The position numbers were made by a program, and so were the translations under genes. A stretch of DNA of 47,465 nucleotides from Planctomycetota bacterium. GTDB taxonomy: Bacteria; Planctomycetota; Planctomycetia; JALXBF01. The notes beneath the pieces are model-generated. The model saw only the letters and a program-made list of their open reading frames with translations, searched no databases and was not told where the DNA came from. The stretch spans positions 1-47,465 of the forward strand of contig JALXBF010000131.1 in the NCBI GenBank assembly GCA_026991575.1. The letters are read 5' to 3'. Shown in pieces: positions 26,091 through 36,321 of this stretch; within the stretch, counting starts at the first letter, position 1, and the number at the start of each line of letters is the position of its first letter.

Positions 26091-27455
26091 CGTGAAGACG
26101 GTCGCGGCCGGTTCACGTCGGTAGACGATGTCCCCCCCTGCAGAGCGGCAGATCTGGCGAGCGATGGTCAGGCCGAGACCGAGGCCGCCGGGCTTGTCGG
26201 TGGCGCACGGTTCGAACAACCGCTTGCGCATCGCCTCGTCCACCCCCGGACCATTGTCGGCCACCTCCACGCAGCCATACGCTCCGTCCCGTACCACCCG
26301 AACAACGATCCGGCCTCGATCGCCGGGCACGGCGTCGAGTGCGTTGAGCAGCAGGCTGATCAGCGCCGTCTGCACCGCCTCTGCCGAGGCACGGACGAGA
26401 AGTCCGCCATCGATGTTCTCAACCTCCAGCACGATCCCTTGGTGGTCGCACCTCGGACTGACCAATGCGACTGCCGTCTGCACCGTCTCGTTCAGATTCG
26501 CCTGGCCTTCGGATCGGCCCAGGCCGCGAGCCAGGTAGAGCAGGCCCCGGAGTTGGTGCTCAGCGAGCTGTAGCTCGATTCCCATCTGTTCCAGTTCCGG
26601 CGCACCGTCGCCGCTTGCCGGACAGTCTTCGCGATGCAGAGCCAGGAGCAAGCGGGCGGCGGCCAGCGAGTTGCGCACGTGGTGGGCCAGGCCGCTTGCC
26701 ACCTGCGCCACGACCCGCTCACGCTCCCGCTCGGCGATCTCCTGTTCCAAGCGGCCCAGTTCCTGAGCTGCTTCCTGAATTACCAGCCGCAGCGCGTCGA
26801 CTTCGCTGCTGATGGCCATCGGTTCCTGCTCCGCGTGCGATGGGTCGCGCACGGCCTGGGGCAGCAGTCGGACGCTGGCGCGGATCGCGCCGAGTGCGTG
26901 CGAGAGCCGCCAGGCGTGCCAGAGCACCCACACCGCAGCGATCAGGGCCACGCTGCCACCCAGCAGCAGCGGGACACGTGCCGCGCGCCAGCGGGCCAGC
27001 TGCCACTCGGACCGAGGGTATAGCACAACGAGCCGTTGGCCCGGCTCGGCCGGGGGGGTAAGCAACACGGCTGCCAGGTAGGACCGGCCTGCAAGCTCAA
27101 CGCGAGGAAGTTCCGCGATGTCGGTGACCGATGCCTGCTCCAACGACGGCAGCCGGCCCATCTGGAGCCGCTCGACTGGCACCGTCGACAACTGCACCCG
27201 GCCGTCGCGGTCAGCGACCGCGAAATCGGCGCCGGTCAGCGCCTTAAGGCGTTCGAGGACACTGGCACTGAGTGGGAACGGCAGGCCGCGCAGCCCTTCA
27301 GCAATCGCTTGCAGGTGAGCGAGCTGACGCGCCCCCTGACGCCGCGCGGCGAGCATCGCCTGTACGGCCGGAACCACGAACCCGATGCCCACGACCACCA
27401 CAAGCGTGGGCACTAGGAACTGGGCCAACAACGAGCGCGGTCGGTAGCGAAGCAT
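26028..27455 (-). CDS. Membrane-bound sensor histidine kinase
   Basis: Two TM segments, H box LAHHVRNSL, N box LLLNALDA, DNGPG, GLGLGL. Confidence 0.85.
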   Translation of the reverse strand: MLRYRPRSLLAQFLVPTLVVVVGIGFVVPAVQAMLAARRQGARQLAHLQAIAEGLRGLPFPLSASVLERLKALTGADFAVADRDGRVQLSTVPVERLQMGRLPSLEQASVTDIAELPRVELAGRSYLAAVLLTPPAEPGQRLVVLYPRSEWQLARWRAARVPLLLGGSVALIAAVWVLWHAWRLSHALGAIRASVRLLPQAVRDPSHAEQEPMAISSEVDALRLVIQEAAQELGRLEQEIAERERERVVAQVASGLAHHVRNSLAAARLLLALHREDCPASGDGAPELEQMGIELQLAEHQLRGLLYLARGLGRSEGQANLNETVQTAVALVSPRCDHQGIVLEVENIDGGLLVRASAEAVQTALISLLLNALDAVPGDRGRIVVRVVRDGAYGCVEVADNGPGVDEAMRKRLFEPCATDKPGGLGLGLTIARQICRSAGGDIVYRREPAATVFTLRLPLAGAPDHRSGRQNQHG

Positions 27456-27572
27456 GGCCGTTCGGCTACAACGGAGTCGGCAACATCAGGCAACGCGCGA
27501 CTGCAGCCGCTGACGAAGCGGGCACACCTTTCCGGCACGCTCTGCACCCGAATGGGCCTGCCGACGGCGCCG

Positions 27573-28247
27573 CTAGCGCAGCAACTGGCGAGCCCGTCGG
27601 AAGACGGCATCGAACATTGGTTCGGTGAGGCGTCCTGTGAACGTATTCTGCTGGCTCGGGTGATAACTGGCCAGGAGCGTTCGCCCTTCGGCCAGCGTTA
27701 CTTCGGCACCGTGGCGGAAAGTGGGCCGGGGCCGGGCAGGCAGCCAGCCGCGAGAGGTCGCTTCGCGCAGGATGGCATGCCAGGCGATTCGGCCCAGGGC
27801 GACGATCACTCGGGCGGGCACCAGGTCAAGCGTATGCGTAAGCCATGTGGAACACGCTGCCAGCTCCGCGGTCGTTGGCCGGTTTCCCGGCGGCGCGCAG
27901 TGGCAGGCTGCAGTGATTGCGCAGTCGAGCAGCCGAAGACCATCATCCCGTCGCCGTGCTTGTGGTTGATTGGCGAAACCGTGGCGGTACAGTGCCGCGT
28001 ACAGCCAATCACCGCTGCGGTCGCCGGTAAACATGCGGCCAGTTCGGTTGGCTCCGTGCGCCCCCGGCGCGAGCCCGACGACGAGTAGCCGTGCGGTGGG
28101 GCAGCCGAAGTTCGGCACGGGCTTGCCCCAGTACTCTTCGTCGCGATACGCTGCTCGCTTTCGCCGCGCGATGTTGCGGCAATGCGCGATGAGCCGAGGG
28201 CAGCGGCGGCAGCGGACAATGGCACAGTTCAGAGAATCCCAGTCCAT
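27573..28247 (-). CDS. udgB: Uracil-DNA glycosylase family 5 (UdgB, Fe-S)
   Basis: [61 protein letters not shown]. Confidence 0.9.
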   Translation of the reverse strand: MDWDSLNCAIVRCRRCPRLIAHCRNIARRKRAAYRDEEYWGKPVPNFGCPTARLLVVGLAPGAHGANRTGRMFTGDRSGDWLYAALYRHGFANQPQARRRDDGLRLLDCAITAACHCAPPGNRPTTAELAACSTWLTHTLDLVPARVIVALGRIAWHAILREATSRGWLPARPRPTFRHGAEVTLAEGRTLLASYHPSQQNTFTGRLTEPMFDAVFRRARQLLR

Positions 28248-28344
28248 CGAACGTCCGGACGGCACGCTGTCCTGGTTGCCAGGTCCACTGCATCGTACGG
28301 TGGGATGCCCGATGGTGACATTGTCCGGACGTTCCCTTGTCCCG

Positions 28345-29643
28345 CTACTGCTCGACCATACTCACGTTCACCATGTTGGACATGAGCGTTCGCAGTCGGT
28401 AGTAGCTGCGAGTTGCGGCGGCATCGAAGCGGAGCAGTTGCAGGCGTGTGTCGAAGAGGGTGCGTTGCGCGACGAGCAGGGCGAGGAAGTCGACTTGGCC
28501 CTGCTGGTACGCCTCCCGCATCATGCGCAGGTTCTCTTCGGCGGCAGGTACGATCTCACTGCGATACCGCTCGGCCTGGGCGGCGGCCCCACGGAACGAG
28601 GCCCATTCCTGCGCGAACGCGCTGCGCAGCCCGGTCTCGGTTGCCTTGATGAGCTGCTCGGCGGCAGCTAGGACGGCCCGCGCCGCCGCGATGTTCCCCT
28701 GGTTCCGGTTGAAAATCGGCAACGCCACGGCCACACTCACGTTGACCAGCGTGTCGTTAGCGTCGTAGTCATGGGCCATGCCGGCACCCACTTCCACGTC
28801 CGGGTAGACCAGTGCTCGCTGCAGCGCTAACATCGCCTCGGCGCGCTCGCGGAGTGTCTCGGCCCGCGCCAGCTCAGGGCTCTCTAACACGAGCTGCCGC
28901 CACAATGTACCGGGGTCGCGCACGGGCGGTCCGCCGAGCTCGATCCGTGCCGGCAGGCTCAATTCCTCCAGTGGGACACCCACCGTGGCGGCCAGCCGGT
29001 GCCGCGATTGTGTCAGCCGAATGCGTGCCGCGGCCAACTGAGCCTTAACGCGGTCTCTTTCGATCTCGGCTTGTACCAGATCGATCCGTGTCGCCATACC
29101 CTGGCCGAGCAACTCCTGGACGACGTTTACCTGACGCTCAGCCAGCTCGACCAGGGCCTCAAGCAGGTGCACTTCGTTGATGGCTTCCGCGTAGTCGGTG
29201 AGCGCCAGGCCGACCTGTCGGCCGATCATCCAGTCGAGCCGGCGCAGCTCGATGCGGGCCAGCTCCACGTCGACCAGCGCAACGAGCTGGGCGAGCGTGA
29301 GCTTACCAGCGGTGACGAACACCTGGCTCAGAGCACCGCCCTGCTGACCGGCTTCGCCGCCTGCGCCGATTTCTTCACCCTGATAAGAAAGGACCGGATT
29401 AGGGTACAGTCCTGCCTGGACCGCTCTGCCCTGGGCGGCTTCCACGGCGCGTCGTGCGGCAGCGAACTCCGGGCGGTGCTGCCGGGCGATCGCTAAGAGT
29501 TGCTCGTAGGTGGCCTGTAGCGCAGCCGGCTCCGCTTCCCCGCCCTGCTGGGCGTTGGCGGTGCCGATGGTCTCCGCCGCGACGATCGTTAGCAGCGCCC
29601 AGCCGAACGGGCTGAACCGCCTGAACAGTGTCGGGAAACGCAT
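28345..29643 (-). CDS. TolC/CzcC family outer membrane factor
   Basis: Signal peptide, [40 protein letters not shown]. Confidence 0.88.
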   Translation of the reverse strand: MRFPTLFRRFSPFGWALLTIVAAETIGTANAQQGGEAEPAALQATYEQLLAIARQHRPEFAAARRAVEAAQGRAVQAGLYPNPVLSYQGEEIGAGGEAGQQGGALSQVFVTAGKLTLAQLVALVDVELARIELRRLDWMIGRQVGLALTDYAEAINEVHLLEALVELAERQVNVVQELLGQGMATRIDLVQAEIERDRVKAQLAAARIRLTQSRHRLAATVGVPLEELSLPARIELGGPPVRDPGTLWRQLVLESPELARAETLRERAEAMLALQRALVYPDVEVGAGMAHDYDANDTLVNVSVAVALPIFNRNQGNIAAARAVLAAAEQLIKATETGLRSAFAQEWASFRGAAAQAERYRSEIVPAAEENLRMMREAYQQGQVDFLALLVAQRTLFDTRLQLLRFDAAATRSYYRLRTLMSNMVNVSMVEQ

Positions 29644-29719
29644 GGCCAGCTCCGGTAAACCGTCGTTCTGCCGTGGTATGCTCCCCCGTGTAGAGATCGA
29701 CAGGGGCGAAAGGGGCTCT

Positions 29720-32700
29720 TTACCCGGAACGGCGTGCCACGGCTAGGGAGCCGAACCAGAGGTAGAGGATGGGCAGGACCAGGAGTGTCAGCAGTGTGGA
29801 GGTAATGACGCCGCCGACGACAACCGTAGCTAGCGGGCGTTGCACTTCGGCCCCGACACCGGTGGCCATGACCATGGGGAGGAAGCCGGCGGCATCGGTG
29901 ACTGCGGTCATGAGGACTGGGCGGAGTCGCGCCAGCGCGGCACGGCGGATCGTCTCGGCCACGGGTTCGCCCGTTTGATGGAACTGACGGATGGTGGACA
30001 CGAGCACGACGCCGTTCAGGACAGCGATGCCACTGACGGCGATCATTCCAATGATGGCCGAGACCGAGAACGGCATGCCGCGCAGCCACAGGGCTGCTAC
30101 GGCGCCGACGGCGGCAAACGGCACTCCGGTGAACACCACCAGCGCGTCGCGCAGCGAGTCGAAGCAGGTATAGAGCAGGCTGAAGACCAGCAGCAGCACG
30201 ACGGGAACTGCCAGGTTCAGCCGTCTGCGGGCGCTTTGCAAATGCTCGAATTCGCCGCCCCATTCCACGTAATAGCCCGGCAGCCAGCTCTGTTGGATCT
30301 CGGCCACGCGGGCTTGCGCGTCCCGGACGAACGATTCGATGTCTCTGCCGGCGACATTGCACATGACAGCCACGCGGCGTCGCCCCCACTCACGTTCGAT
30401 CACCGACGGCCGCGGCTCAATTCGCGCATGCACAAGCTGCTTCAGCGGCAAACGCTGGCCACTGTCGGTGATGACGGTGATGTTCAAGAGCTGTTCGGGA
30501 TCACGGCGATAGCGCGGTACGAGGCGGACTACCAGCGGAAAGCGGCGGTCACCGATGCGCACCTCGGTGACCGGCAACCCGCCGCCCGCCTCGATGTACT
30601 GCAGCACCGTTTCGCGGGCGATGCCGTAACGGGCCAGCGCATCTTCGTCGGCGACCATGCGCAACGTGGGCTGGCCGGTGACCTGCTGCACAGCCACGTC
30701 CGCGGCGCCCGGGATCTTCTCCAGCACTTGTTCCACCTGATGCGCGTATGCGACGAGCCGCTGAAGGTCCTCTCCTTTGACTTTCACGGCCACGTCCGAC
30801 CGCACGCCCACCATCAGATCCTCCATGAGCATTTCGATTGGCTGGGTGAGCGCCACTTCGGTTCCGGGAAGGTCGCGGAAGAGCTCGCGGAGCTGCGCCT
30901 CCAGTTCGTCCTGTGACCGTGCCCGACGCCACTGGGCCCGGGGCCGCAGCGCGATGTAGGTGTCGGTCTGCTCGATGCCCATCGGGTCAGTAGCTGCCTC
31001 ACCCATGCCGGTCCGGCTCCAGACGTGTGCAACCTCATCAGGGAACTCCTGCAGGATGCGCTGTTCGATCCGCAGGCACTGGCGGACTGACTCGCTCAAC
31101 GACACACCGGGCCAGCGCACCGTGTTGACGATGATCGACTGCTCGCGCAGTCTCGGGATGAACTCCGCGCCCAGTCGCGGCGCGACAGCCGCGGCGACCA
31201 GCGCTGCGCCCCCCGCTGCCGCGACGATCGGCCACGGATGGCGGAGCGCGAAGCGGACGAACGGCTCGTACACTGCCTGGAGCACGCGCGTCACCAGGGG
31301 CTCACGCTCGCGACTGGCCAATCCACCGAGAAACCAGCTGCAGAGCACCGGCATGAGCGTCACCGAGGCAAGCAGCACACCCAGCAGGCACAGGAGCACG
31401 ACGGCGGCCATCGGTCGGAACAGCTTGCCTTCCGTGCCGGTGAGAGCAAGGATAGGCACGTAGACAAGCATGATGATCGCTTGACCGAACAGCGCCGGCC
31501 GTAACACTTCCACGGTCGCTTCGCGAACAAGATCCACTGCTGGTACCGCGCGCCGCACAAGGTGGAATCGCCGCACCGTGTTCTCGACAACGATCACGCT
31601 GCTGTCGACCAGAATGCCGAAGTCGATCGCGCCTAAGCTCATCAAACTGCCGGCGATGCCGAGCTGCAGCATCAGGCTGCCGGCAAACAGGAACGACAGC
31701 GGGATGGCCAGCGCGACGATGAGCCCGGCACGCAGGTTGCCACCGAGCACGAACAGCGCAGCGACCACCAGGATGGCGCCGTTGAGCAGGTTGTGGCTGG
31801 CGGTGCGGAGGACCTGATCTACCAGTTCGGTACGGGCATAAAGCTCCACGACCTCTACGTCCGGCGGCAAACTCAACCGGATCGCCTTCATCCGCTCACG
31901 CACCCGCTCGGTCACAGCACGGCTGTTTTCGCCCATGAGCATGAACGCGACGCCCAGCACGACCTCCCCCTTGCCATCCAGCGTCACCGCACCACGGCGC
32001 ACCTGATGCCCAAGTTTCACTTCTGCCACATCGCGCACACGGACCGGCACGCCGTTGTGGCTTGCCAGGACAATTGCGCCGATTTCCTCCACGGTTTGCA
32101 CGAGCCCGAAGCCGTGCAGGATAACCATGCCACCGGCACGCTCGATGTATCCGCCACCAGCCGTGACGTTGTTGCGAGCCAGCGCGTCGATGACATCGCT
32201 TAGTGTCAGCTCGTACCAAGCCAACTTCTCCGGATCGATCAGCACCTGGTACTGCAGTTCGTAGCCGCCGAAGCTGTTCACCTCGGCGATGCCCGGGACG
32301 GTGCGAAGCTGAGGCTTCACCACCCAGTCATGCAGCGTGCGCAGTTCGCGCGCGTCACGCACCGGGCTAACCAGCGCATACTGATAGACCTCGCCCAAGC
32401 CTGTGGTGATCGGGCCCAGCATCGGGCCGATCAGGCCGGGAACTTCCGGGAGCTCGACACCCGCTATCCGCTCGCTTACCAGCTGGCGTGCATCGAGCAT
32501 GTCCGTACCGTCTTCGAAGACGACCTGCACCCGGGAGTAGCCGAATTTGGACTGAGAGCGGATCTCTTTTAGCCCCGGCAAGCCGGCCAGTTGCTGTTCG
32601 ATCGGGTAGGTCAGCTGAGCCTCCACCTCCTCAGGACTCAGCGTCGGCGCGATCGTGTAGACCTGGACCAGCACCGGTGTTGTGTCCGGAAACGCGTCCA

Positions 32701-32806
32701 GCGGCAAGTGCGCCAGCGACCAAACGCCGGCTGCGGCCACGAAAAGCCAGACGGCGACGACGACCAGCCGGTGGCTCAGCGCGATGTCAACAACTCGTGC
32801 TAGCAT
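29720..32806 (-). CDS. czcA: Heavy-metal efflux RND permease (CzcA/CusA family)
   Basis: LPLDAFPDTTPVLVQV, GPITTGLGEVYQY, SLGAIDFGILVDSSVIVVEN, GVGAEVQRPLATVVVGG. Confidence 0.9.
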   Translation of the reverse strand: MLARVVDIALSHRLVVVAVWLFVAAAGVWSLAHLPLDAFPDTTPVLVQVYTIAPTLSPEEVEAQLTYPIEQQLAGLPGLKEIRSQSKFGYSRVQVVFEDGTDMLDARQLVSERIAGVELPEVPGLIGPMLGPITTGLGEVYQYALVSPVRDARELRTLHDWVVKPQLRTVPGIAEVNSFGGYELQYQVLIDPEKLAWYELTLSDVIDALARNNVTAGGGYIERAGGMVILHGFGLVQTVEEIGAIVLASHNGVPVRVRDVAEVKLGHQVRRGAVTLDGKGEVVLGVAFMLMGENSRAVTERVRERMKAIRLSLPPDVEVVELYARTELVDQVLRTASHNLLNGAILVVAALFVLGGNLRAGLIVALAIPLSFLFAGSLMLQLGIAGSLMSLGAIDFGILVDSSVIVVENTVRRFHLVRRAVPAVDLVREATVEVLRPALFGQAIIMLVYVPILALTGTEGKLFRPMAAVVLLCLLGVLLASVTLMPVLCSWFLGGLASREREPLVTRVLQAVYEPFVRFALRHPWPIVAAAGGAALVAAAVAPRLGAEFIPRLREQSIIVNTVRWPGVSLSESVRQCLRIEQRILQEFPDEVAHVWSRTGMGEAATDPMGIEQTDTYIALRPRAQWRRARSQDELEAQLRELFRDLPGTEVALTQPIEMLMEDLMVGVRSDVAVKVKGEDLQRLVAYAHQVEQVLEKIPGAADVAVQQVTGQPTLRMVADEDALARYGIARETVLQYIEAGGGLPVTEVRIGDRRFPLVVRLVPRYRRDPEQLLNITVITDSGQRLPLKQLVHARIEPRPSVIEREWGRRRVAVMCNVAGRDIESFVRDAQARVAEIQQSWLPGYYVEWGGEFEHLQSARRRLNLAVPVVLLLVFSLLYTCFDSLRDALVVFTGVPFAAVGAVAALWLRGMPFSVSAIIGMIAVSGIAVLNGVVLVSTIRQFHQTGEPVAETIRRAALARLRPVLMTAVTDAAGFLPMVMATGVGAEVQRPLATVVVGGVITSTLLTLLVLPILYLWFGSLAVARRSG

Positions 32807-32830
32807 GGCGTCGGCTACGATGACCGGAGG

Positions 32831-34120
32831 TTACGGCGGCTCACCCGTCGCCCGCGGCTTGGCCGTGACCACCTCAGGGTAACGGCGGGCCACTTCGGCC
32901 AGCAAGAAGAATCCCCCCTTTGCAACGACCCGTTCGTTCCCGTTCAATCCATAACGCACCTCTACCTGCTCGCCCTCCCGTGCACCGGTCTGGACCCGGC
33001 GCAATTCATAGCTCCCTTCCGCGATTTCGACGAACACGCAAACCAGGCCGCCGGACCGTTGCACGGCGTCGACCGGGACGTACAGCCGCGGGCGGGGCGC
33101 CGCTACCTCGATCCGCACCGTGCCGAACATACCCGCGCGGTACAGGCCGGCCGCGTTGTCTAGCTCGGCCCAGACGGTAACCTTGCGCGTTCGTGGGTCA
33201 ACCTGAGGAGTCACAAAGAAGATCCGCCCGCTGGCCGGTGCCATCTCGGCCGATGCGCTGCGGAAGCTAACCGGTTGTCCTTCCGCTACTCGGCCTGCCT
33301 GTGGCTCGTCCACCAGGATTTCCGCCCACAGCACGGCTGCGTCGGCAACTTCGGCTAGCAACTGGCCAGACTTGACATTCTGGCCCGGGACGACGTGGAC
33401 CTGCAGGACGCGGCCGCGGATCGGGCTGCGGAGCGGAATCGACGGGGACAGGTCCCGCTGGGCCACTGCCGCGTCGATGTCGCCGGAGGCCAGTCCCCAA
33501 CTGACCAACAACTGGCGAGCCGATGAAACGGCCACCCTGGCCTGCTCGAGTGCCTTGCGGGCGTCGATGAGATCTTGTTGGCGAACCAGCTTCGTCTCGC
33601 GGAGCGTAACCAGCCGGTCGTACGTCTCGGAGGCCGCTTCGTACTGGGCCAGCGCCTTCAGCAGGGCGGCTTTCGCCTCGGTAACCGCGTCGGACTCAAC
33701 CACGCATAACACATGACCGGGCTTGACCGCTTGTCCCACGCTGCAGGCAACGTGGGCGACACGTCCGTCAAACCGAGCCACGGCTCTGTAGTGGCGGCCC
33801 CGGGCGAATTGAAGACTGGCCGGCGCGACCACGTAGTCGGCGCGCGTCACCTGCACCACATCCGTGGTTTCGATGCCGGCTAGATCAACGAGATCGGGGG
33901 TCAGGCTGATTCGTATCGTCTGACCATCGTTCCGGATCGCGATGCGTTCCCCGCCATCGTCTGCCTCCTCAGCGGCTTCACCGGCCGGCTCCCACCGCCG
34001 CACGGCATAGGCCAGTACCAGGGCGATGGCGACGATGGCAGACGCAGCGACAAACTCAAGGATGCGGCTCAGGCGGACTCGAGTTGCATGCCGCGCACCG
34101 GCACGTTGCTCGGACACCAC
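32831..34120 (-). CDS. Heavy-metal RND periplasmic adaptor (CzcB-like)
   Basis: N-terminal TM anchor, LRSPIRGRV, VDPRTRKV, VPVDAVQ. Start uncertain (34120-34165). Confidence 0.85.
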   Translation of the reverse strand: MVSEQRAGARHATRVRLSRILEFVAASAIVAIALVLAYAVRRWEPAGEAAEEADDGGERIAIRNDGQTIRISLTPDLVDLAGIETTDVVQVTRADYVVAPASLQFARGRHYRAVARFDGRVAHVACSVGQAVKPGHVLCVVESDAVTEAKAALLKALAQYEAASETYDRLVTLRETKLVRQQDLIDARKALEQARVAVSSARQLLVSWGLASGDIDAAVAQRDLSPSIPLRSPIRGRVLQVHVVPGQNVKSGQLLAEVADAAVLWAEILVDEPQAGRVAEGQPVSFRSASAEMAPASGRIFFVTPQVDPRTRKVTVWAELDNAAGLYRAGMFGTVRIEVAAPRPRLYVPVDAVQRSGGLVCVFVEIAEGSYELRRVQTGAREGEQVEVRYGLNGNERVVAKGGFFLLAEVARRYPEVVTAKPRATGEPP

Positions 34121-34220
34121 ATACCCCCAGTAGGACGATCGGGCTGACAGACGGAAGGATGGCACAAGGGGACGCGGTGCACCAGCGCGGCAGGAAGGTG
34201 CCGAATTATACCGAACGCCC

Positions 34221-35135
34221 TCAGCGGGCCGGACTGGCCCCGACGGGGATCAGGCCCATCTCGCGGAGCCAGGCGGCACAGAGCTTCGGCCACGTCGCAG
34301 CCACCGGGTGTGGCGAGGGGCGAAGCGCGTAGCCATGGCCCCCGTAAGCGAACACATGACATTCGGCCGGCACGCCCGCCTTCTTGTACTCGGCCAGCAG
34401 CAGCCCGGCATGAAGCCCACGCAACTTGTCGTCCCAGGTGACCACCATGAAAGTAGGTGGCGTCCGGGGCGTGACACGGACCAGCCGACTTAGCCGCCGG
34501 GGATCGTCCTTGGCTCCCAGGTAGGCGGCATAAACCAGAATCGTAAAGTCCGGCCGGGCGCTGTGCCGGTCCAGTTCATCCTGCGCCGGATAGGTCGGCC
34601 GTTGCCAGTGCATGCTGGCCATGGCCGCCAGATGACCTCCTGCCGAAAAGCCAAGGATGCCGATGCGGTCCGGTCGGAGCTGCCACCGGGCAGCGTGGGC
34701 CCGTACGTACCGAATCGCCCGCTGTGCATCCTGCAACGGCTCAAACCATGGCCTCTCAGGGTCACGCCGCGGCACCCGGTACTTCAACACGAACGCCGTG
34801 ATCCCCAGCGTGTTGAGCCATTCGGCTATCTCCAGCCCTTCCTTGCGCCATGCCAGGCCGTTGTACCCTCCACCGGGACAGACAATGACCGCGGTCCCGT
34901 TCGCTTGATGTCGCTGTGGTGGATAGACGGTCAGCGTTGGATCATCCACGTAACGGATCCATTCGCTATTGCTCTGGGTCTTCAGCTCCGCAGCGCGCTC
35001 GGCTGGAACTGGCCTGGCACCGGGCGGCAAGCCATTGGGCCACAGCCGCAACTGCTCATGAGAGCCGCTGTCGGCAGAGGCCTGACCCGGCGGGAGCATC
35101 AGGAACACAGTCGCAAGAATCGAACCGAACAGCAT
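34221..35135 (-). CDS. Secreted alpha/beta hydrolase (BD-FAE/acetyl-xylan-esterase-like)
   Basis: Signal peptide; VCPGGGY, LKYRVP, GFSAGGHL nucleophile elbow, GGHGY. Confidence 0.87.
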   Translation of the reverse strand: MLFGSILATVFLMLPPGQASADSGSHEQLRLWPNGLPPGARPVPAERAAELKTQSNSEWIRYVDDPTLTVYPPQRHQANGTAVIVCPGGGYNGLAWRKEGLEIAEWLNTLGITAFVLKYRVPRRDPERPWFEPLQDAQRAIRYVRAHAARWQLRPDRIGILGFSAGGHLAAMASMHWQRPTYPAQDELDRHSARPDFTILVYAAYLGAKDDPRRLSRLVRVTPRTPPTFMVVTWDDKLRGLHAGLLLAEYKKAGVPAECHVFAYGGHGYALRPSPHPVAATWPKLCAAWLREMGLIPVGASPAR

Positions 35136-35201
35136 GGTGTTGCCTCCCAATTCAGCTAGAATAGGCATGTGATCCCATTATGCGCGGCGTGGTGAGGTCC
35201 G

Positions 35202-35564
35202 TTGTCCCTGATCGTCATCAGCGAACAAAGTGGCCACCTGGTTGTGGCGCTGCCGCGGGAGTGCTCGAACTTCGACGCCGATGAGCTGCGTGCCGCCGAG
35301 CGGCGTATCCTGAGCGCACTGGCTGAGATGGCTCAGCCGAAGGGCGTTGTGTTCGATCTCAGTCAAACTGAATTCCTGGGCACCGTTTTCCTGGAGACGA
35401 TTCTCCGTGTGAGCAAGCGCGCAGCGGAACGCGGGATCCAAACCGTCCTCGTTGGCCTACACGGCCCGGTGAAGGAGCTGTTCGAGATGACCCGATTGGT
35501 GACGATCTTGCCTCAGGCGGAGTCCGTCGAGGCGGTCATTTCGGCTGGGCAGGATTCCTCCTAG
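35202..35564 (+). CDS. STAS domain protein (anti-sigma factor antagonist)
   Basis: VVFDLSQTEFLGTVFL, VKELFEMTRLVTIL; 120 aa. Confidence 0.8.
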   Translation: MSLIVISEQSGHLVVALPRECSNFDADELRAAERRILSALAEMAQPKGVVFDLSQTEFLGTVFLETILRVSKRAAERGIQTVLVGLHGPVKELFEMTRLVTILPQAESVEAVISAGQDSS

Positions 35565-35761
35565 CGACACCTGCTCCGTTGGAACCCAAGCCCCCCGCTC
35601 CGTGTCGACTCGAGTCCCCCTCGTGCGCGGAGCCATCAAGTCTGCCTGGCAACTATCGCCGCCGACTACCGCAGGTCCAGAAAGCCCCAGATACGTGACG
35701 GAGCGGTGCGTCTGAGACAGAGGGGGGCACGGAGCCGGACGCGGGGCGCGACTTGTGTCGC

Positions 35762-36295
35762 CTAGCGTCCGCTGACCCGGCGGCGCTCCCAGTAAAGCAG
35801 CCCGACGATGGTCTTGCCGTCCTGGATTTGACCGGTCTCGATCCAGCGTAATGCTTCTGAGAACGGAACGATCTCAGGCACGATTTGCTCACCGGCGTCC
35901 AGGCGTTGCTCGGTTCGCGCCATTTCCCACGCCACGTAGAGGTGCATTCGTTCCGAGAGGATGCCGGGCGACGGGTAGAACTCCAGCAGCTTTTCCCAGC
36001 ACCGTGCGCGGTAGCCGATTTCCTCCTCAAGCTCCCGGGCTGCCGCCGCCAGCGGCTGTTCGCCGGGCTCGAGCGTACCGGCCGGCAGTTCCCAGAGTTC
36101 TTCGCCGACTGCTTCGCGACGGTTACGGATCAAGCAGATCCGATTGTCTTCGAACAGCGGCAGTATGACGACGGCGCCCCGTGTCAGGACGATCTCCCGC
36201 TCGTAGCTCCTTCCTCCCTCTGCCTCGAACCGGTCGCGCACGACTGTGATCCGTCGTCCCTGGAAGATGAGCTCTCGTTGCTTGCGCAGACCCAC
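35762..36295 (-). CDS. Nudix hydrolase (ADP-ribose pyrophosphatase-like)
   Basis: ELPAGTLEPGEQPLAAAARELEEEIGY Nudix box; YPSPG, IQDGKTIVG. Confidence 0.9.
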   Translation of the reverse strand: MGLRKQRELIFQGRRITVVRDRFEAEGGRSYEREIVLTRGAVVILPLFEDNRICLIRNRREAVGEELWELPAGTLEPGEQPLAAAARELEEEIGYRARCWEKLLEFYPSPGILSERMHLYVAWEMARTEQRLDAGEQIVPEIVPFSEALRWIETGQIQDGKTIVGLLYWERRRVSGR

Positions 36296-36321
36296 CGGGT
36301 TGTCCTCTTATCGTGTGCTGG

